Assembly: GCA_964016885.1 (NCBI GenBank)
Contig: OZ024752.1
Location: forward strand, 124,001-188,000
Length of the DNA stretch: 64,000 nucleotides
Direction of reading: 5' to 3'
Source: Eledone cirrhosa
Lineage: Eukaryota
Below are positions 60,840 to 64,000 of this stretch, piece after piece. The first letter of the stretch is position 1; each line of letters opens with the position of its first letter. The notes under the pieces were generated by a model. The model ran no database searches and had not been told where the DNA came from. It worked only from the letters and a program-made list of their open reading frames with translations. The position numbers and the translations under genes are program-made.

Positions 60840-61433
60840 GAGCGGGGTGGAGCGTCAAACACTATGCTTTGCAGCATAGAGTTATGGCCCTTTATGATCT
60901 GAGTTCAAATCCCGTCGAGGTTAACTTTGCCTTTCTTTCTTACGGCGTCGATAAAATAAAGTACCAGTAATGCACTGGGATAATTGCTGGCCTTGTGCCA
61001 AAAGTAGAAACAATTATTAAGCGGGGTGGAGCATCAGACACCATGCTAGGCAGCATAGAGTTATGTCCCTTTACCGCCTGAGTTCAAATCCCGCCGAGGT
61101 TAACTTTGCCTTTCATCCTTATGGGGTCGATAAAATAAAGTACCAGTAACGTACTGAGGGTCGATAAAATAAAGTACCAGTAACGTACTGAGGGTCGATT
61201 TAATCGACTTTCCCCTCGCCCCAAATTACTGGCCTTGTGTCTATACTAGAAATCATTAGTATCAGTAGAAGGTCGGACGCCATGCTTTCCAGTATAGTTA
61301 CGTCCCTTTACGGTCTGAGTTCAAATCCCGCCAAAGTTAACTTTGCCTTTCATCCTTACGGGGTAGATAAAATAAAGTACCAGTAATGTACTGAGTAATT
61401 ACTGGCCTTGTGCCAAAAGTAGAAACAATTATT
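60840..61433 (+). mobile_element. three head-to-tail SINE family 1 copies
   Basis: Three B boxes GAGTTCAAATCCC with core and tail; internal ~34-bp duplication in the second. Confidence 0.9.
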
Positions 61434-61755
61434 TATCGAGACCATTACTTAGGTATGTCTTCACATTTTCTAATCCGCACACGACATCTGTGTGTTGGAC
61501 GACAATCGTGGGTTCCAGCCACGAGTGTTCCAGAAATAAACGGTGAAATAAACGTGCAAGTGGCTGAGCATTCCACAGACACATGTCCCTCCTCCTTTAA
61601 TGTAATTCTCAGGGAGATTTTGAGTAAGACAGTGTGTGACAAAGAAAGTTGACTTTTTTAATTACAGGTATAATTCACTGTTTCAAACTAAATGAACTGG
61701 AACAACGTGAAATAGGGTATTTAGAGAGATACACATGGACATTACACAACACACT

Positions 61756-61792
<37 letters not shown>

Positions 61793-61836
61793 TTATATAT
61801 ATACATGTATGTATGTATCTCTCTCTCTATATATAT

Positions 61837-61976
61837 AACGAAGGAGTTGTGGTAAGGAACCAGATGGACCATAACACAGCAGAGTACTCAATACTTAGGG
61901 TAGTAGAGTGGGAAATAGGAAAAAGTATGACCCCGGCGGCAGAGCTCAAGCCGTTTCGACGGCTATTTCTGGACTA
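61837..61976 (-). mobile_element. family A element, single arm
   Basis: Reverse-oriented tail plus HHR 3' half, truncated at TAGTCCAGAAA like the other copies. Confidence 0.85.
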
Positions 61977-62439
61977 AATTAGAATTTTTAGCCTGGTGAA
62001 TAAATAGCCGAACTTGTCAAGGGGTACTTCCTTATATGGGAAGATTGTCAAGAGGATTGGTTAAAATTTGTTGTAAACACAAATAAGTCTAATATATATA
62101 TATAATATATATATATACAATCTTGTAACAGATTAAAAGCAGAATGTAGAGGAGGCACAAAAGAGAATAGCAATTGAGGAGGTCACATTTTCTACACGTG
62201 TACATTTTTTAGACATGTTTATAAAACCTATATATTGATTCTTCATTTAAGCACAACACCTGCAAATGTTTGGGAAAGGTAAAGTTGATTTCATCAACCC
62301 CAGTACTTTACTGGTACTTTATTTTATCGACCGCGGAAGGATGAAAGGCAAAGTCGATGCGAACTCAATGTAAACAGCTAGAAAAATGATATATATTTTA
62401 TCTGGTGTTCTATAATATGTATATATTAGTGATAGTTGA

Positions 62440-62790
62440 TGCAGCGTGGTTGAATGGTTTAGATGCTCACTTCGCAATTATTAGGTCCCGGTTTCGATCT
62501 CACTCCGTGGCAACCCTTGAACAAGAGTAATTTACCCTAGCCTCTGATTAACACGAATCTTGAGTGAAATTGGGGAGCGGAAGTTGTTTGGAAGCCCGTC
62601 ATATGGACTGTCGCTATAATTCAAACGGCCAGCCATGTTACATACTCTGTCACGCTGAATCTCACCGAGATTGACATTATGGCTACACGTATCTGTGGAA
62701 TGCTCAGCCACTTACACGTTAATTTTGTGAGCAGACTGTTTCATTGATAGAACAACTAGAACACTCATCGTCACCACAGACGGAGTTCCA
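62440..62790 (+). mobile_element. tRNA-derived SINE family 2 copy
   Basis: A/B-box-like head; body shared with 5820-6090 and 16317-16615. Confidence 0.65.
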
Positions 62791-62879
62791 TTGTGTATTA
62801 GTAATAACAATTTTAAGGTTGTGGACTGTCTAGATTTTATTCAATTATATTTGCATAAGATTTTATTTCAATTTACGTC

Positions 62880-62919
<40 letters not shown>

Positions 62920-63120
62920 ATACTTGGGGAGGGTCATATTTGTGTAATATTGCCAGAATTAATAACAGAACACACTCACTGTTTGGTTGGTTTTCGCTTT
63001 TCGCTTCTGTGTCTTTTATATCGGTAATCTAATTTATTCGGTCCTCAATGTTGCCATTGACTGACCGGCGGTCAAAAATAATACAGATACAATATAGACA
63101 CAAACACATATATATAGTTT

Positions 63121-63162
63121 ATCAGAGTTCTTTCGTTGCACATCTGCAACATCGTCAGTGGT
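63121..63162 (-). ncRNA. minimal hammerhead ribozyme candidate
   Basis: ACCA-CTGACGA-t-GTTGCA gatg TGCAAC-GAAA-GAAC-TC-TGAT; helix II perfect 6 bp, helix I weak (one mismatch). Confidence 0.6.
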
Positions 63163-63543
63163 GCTATTGTTTCCTCCCGTTGCATTGTATGTCTACGCCA
63201 TTTTTATTCAGTCTGTCTATATATTTATTTATTTATTTGTTTGTTTGTTCATTTTATTTTGTCTTCTTTGCGATGCGTTTGCGTATGTGTATAGTGTTTT
63301 GTTTGATGTGTGGTCGTGATTGGGTGACTAGTGTGTGTTTATATGTGTTTGTGGTTATTGTGCTTGTGTATGTATTTATTTATTTATCTATTTATTTATT
63401 TATATATGTTGTCTATGTTACCGTCGTGTTGTTGTCTGGCATGTTCGTATAGTACTGACCCGTTTTTTCGTCCTTTTAGTTCCCCCAGTGTTGGTCTATC
63501 CTTTCACCTATGCTACGAGCTGTCTCACCTATGTATGTTGTTG

Positions 63544-63578
<35 letters not shown>

Positions 63579-64000
63579 CAGAGAAGAGCTGAGGAGGCCT
63601 GGGCCATTGAGAAGATCAAACTCAATCCCAAAGTGTTCTTTTCATTTGCAAAAAAACACAAAATCACTGGCTCTACTGTTGGCCCTCTAATTGATGAAAA
63701 TGGCACTCTTCAAGACAATGCTAAAACCATGGGTGAGATACTGCAGAAACAATACTGCTCTGTTTTCAGCAATCCTGATATGGCCGATCTGGGCTGTATC
63801 GGCGATGTTACTCCCCATTACACCTTATCGGACATAACGTTTGGCGCCCCTGATGTCTTGGCGGCAATAAAGGAAATCAAGCATAATTCAGCAGTAGGTC
63901 CCGATAGGTTCCCTGCTTGTGTCTTGAAGGCGTGTCAACACCAACTTGCATCTCCTCTTGCCAATCTGTGGCGGAACTCACTGGATGCTGGATATGTGCC
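63579..64000 (+). mobile_element. 5'-truncated CR1-like LINE ORF2 (pre-RT region), open to window end
   Basis: Stop-free frame IKLNPKVFFSFAKK..VGPLIDENG..ILQKQYCSVFS..SAVGPDRFPACVLK..LASPLANLWRNSLDAGYV; starts directly after (TA)n. Confidence 0.88.

Overview
AT-rich, repeat-saturated eukaryotic DNA, probably intergenic or intronic. The microsatellite, SINE and transposon make-up looks like a cephalopod (Octopus-like) genome, which is an inference only. I found no convincing host gene; nearly all listed ORFs are microsatellite read-throughs. Recognisable elements: a full-length but stop-disabled DD37D (maT) Tc1/mariner and a second decayed one, fragments of R4/Dong-like, RTE, Tx1/L1 and CR1-like LINEs, four non-autonomous Helitrons, a Charlie/MER1-like hAT remnant, two abundant tRNA-derived SINE families and a 3.9-kb 22-bp palindromic minisatellite. 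The main signal the ORF track misses is a dense population of type I hammerhead ribozyme (HHR) motifs. About a dozen are complete or one mutation away, plus many 3'-half copies, from more than 10 sequence-distinct families. They sit in short non-coding elements that mostly abut (TA)n tracts and are often fold-back palindromes. Most have minimal, often palindromic helix III, many have a non-canonical helix II junction, one family shows covariation, and one unit looks like a ~287-nt retrozyme monomer with an octamer box. This fits a diversified set of Penelope-like-element/retrozyme-type ribozyme retroelements associated with (TA)n. All folds were done by eye and activity is untested.
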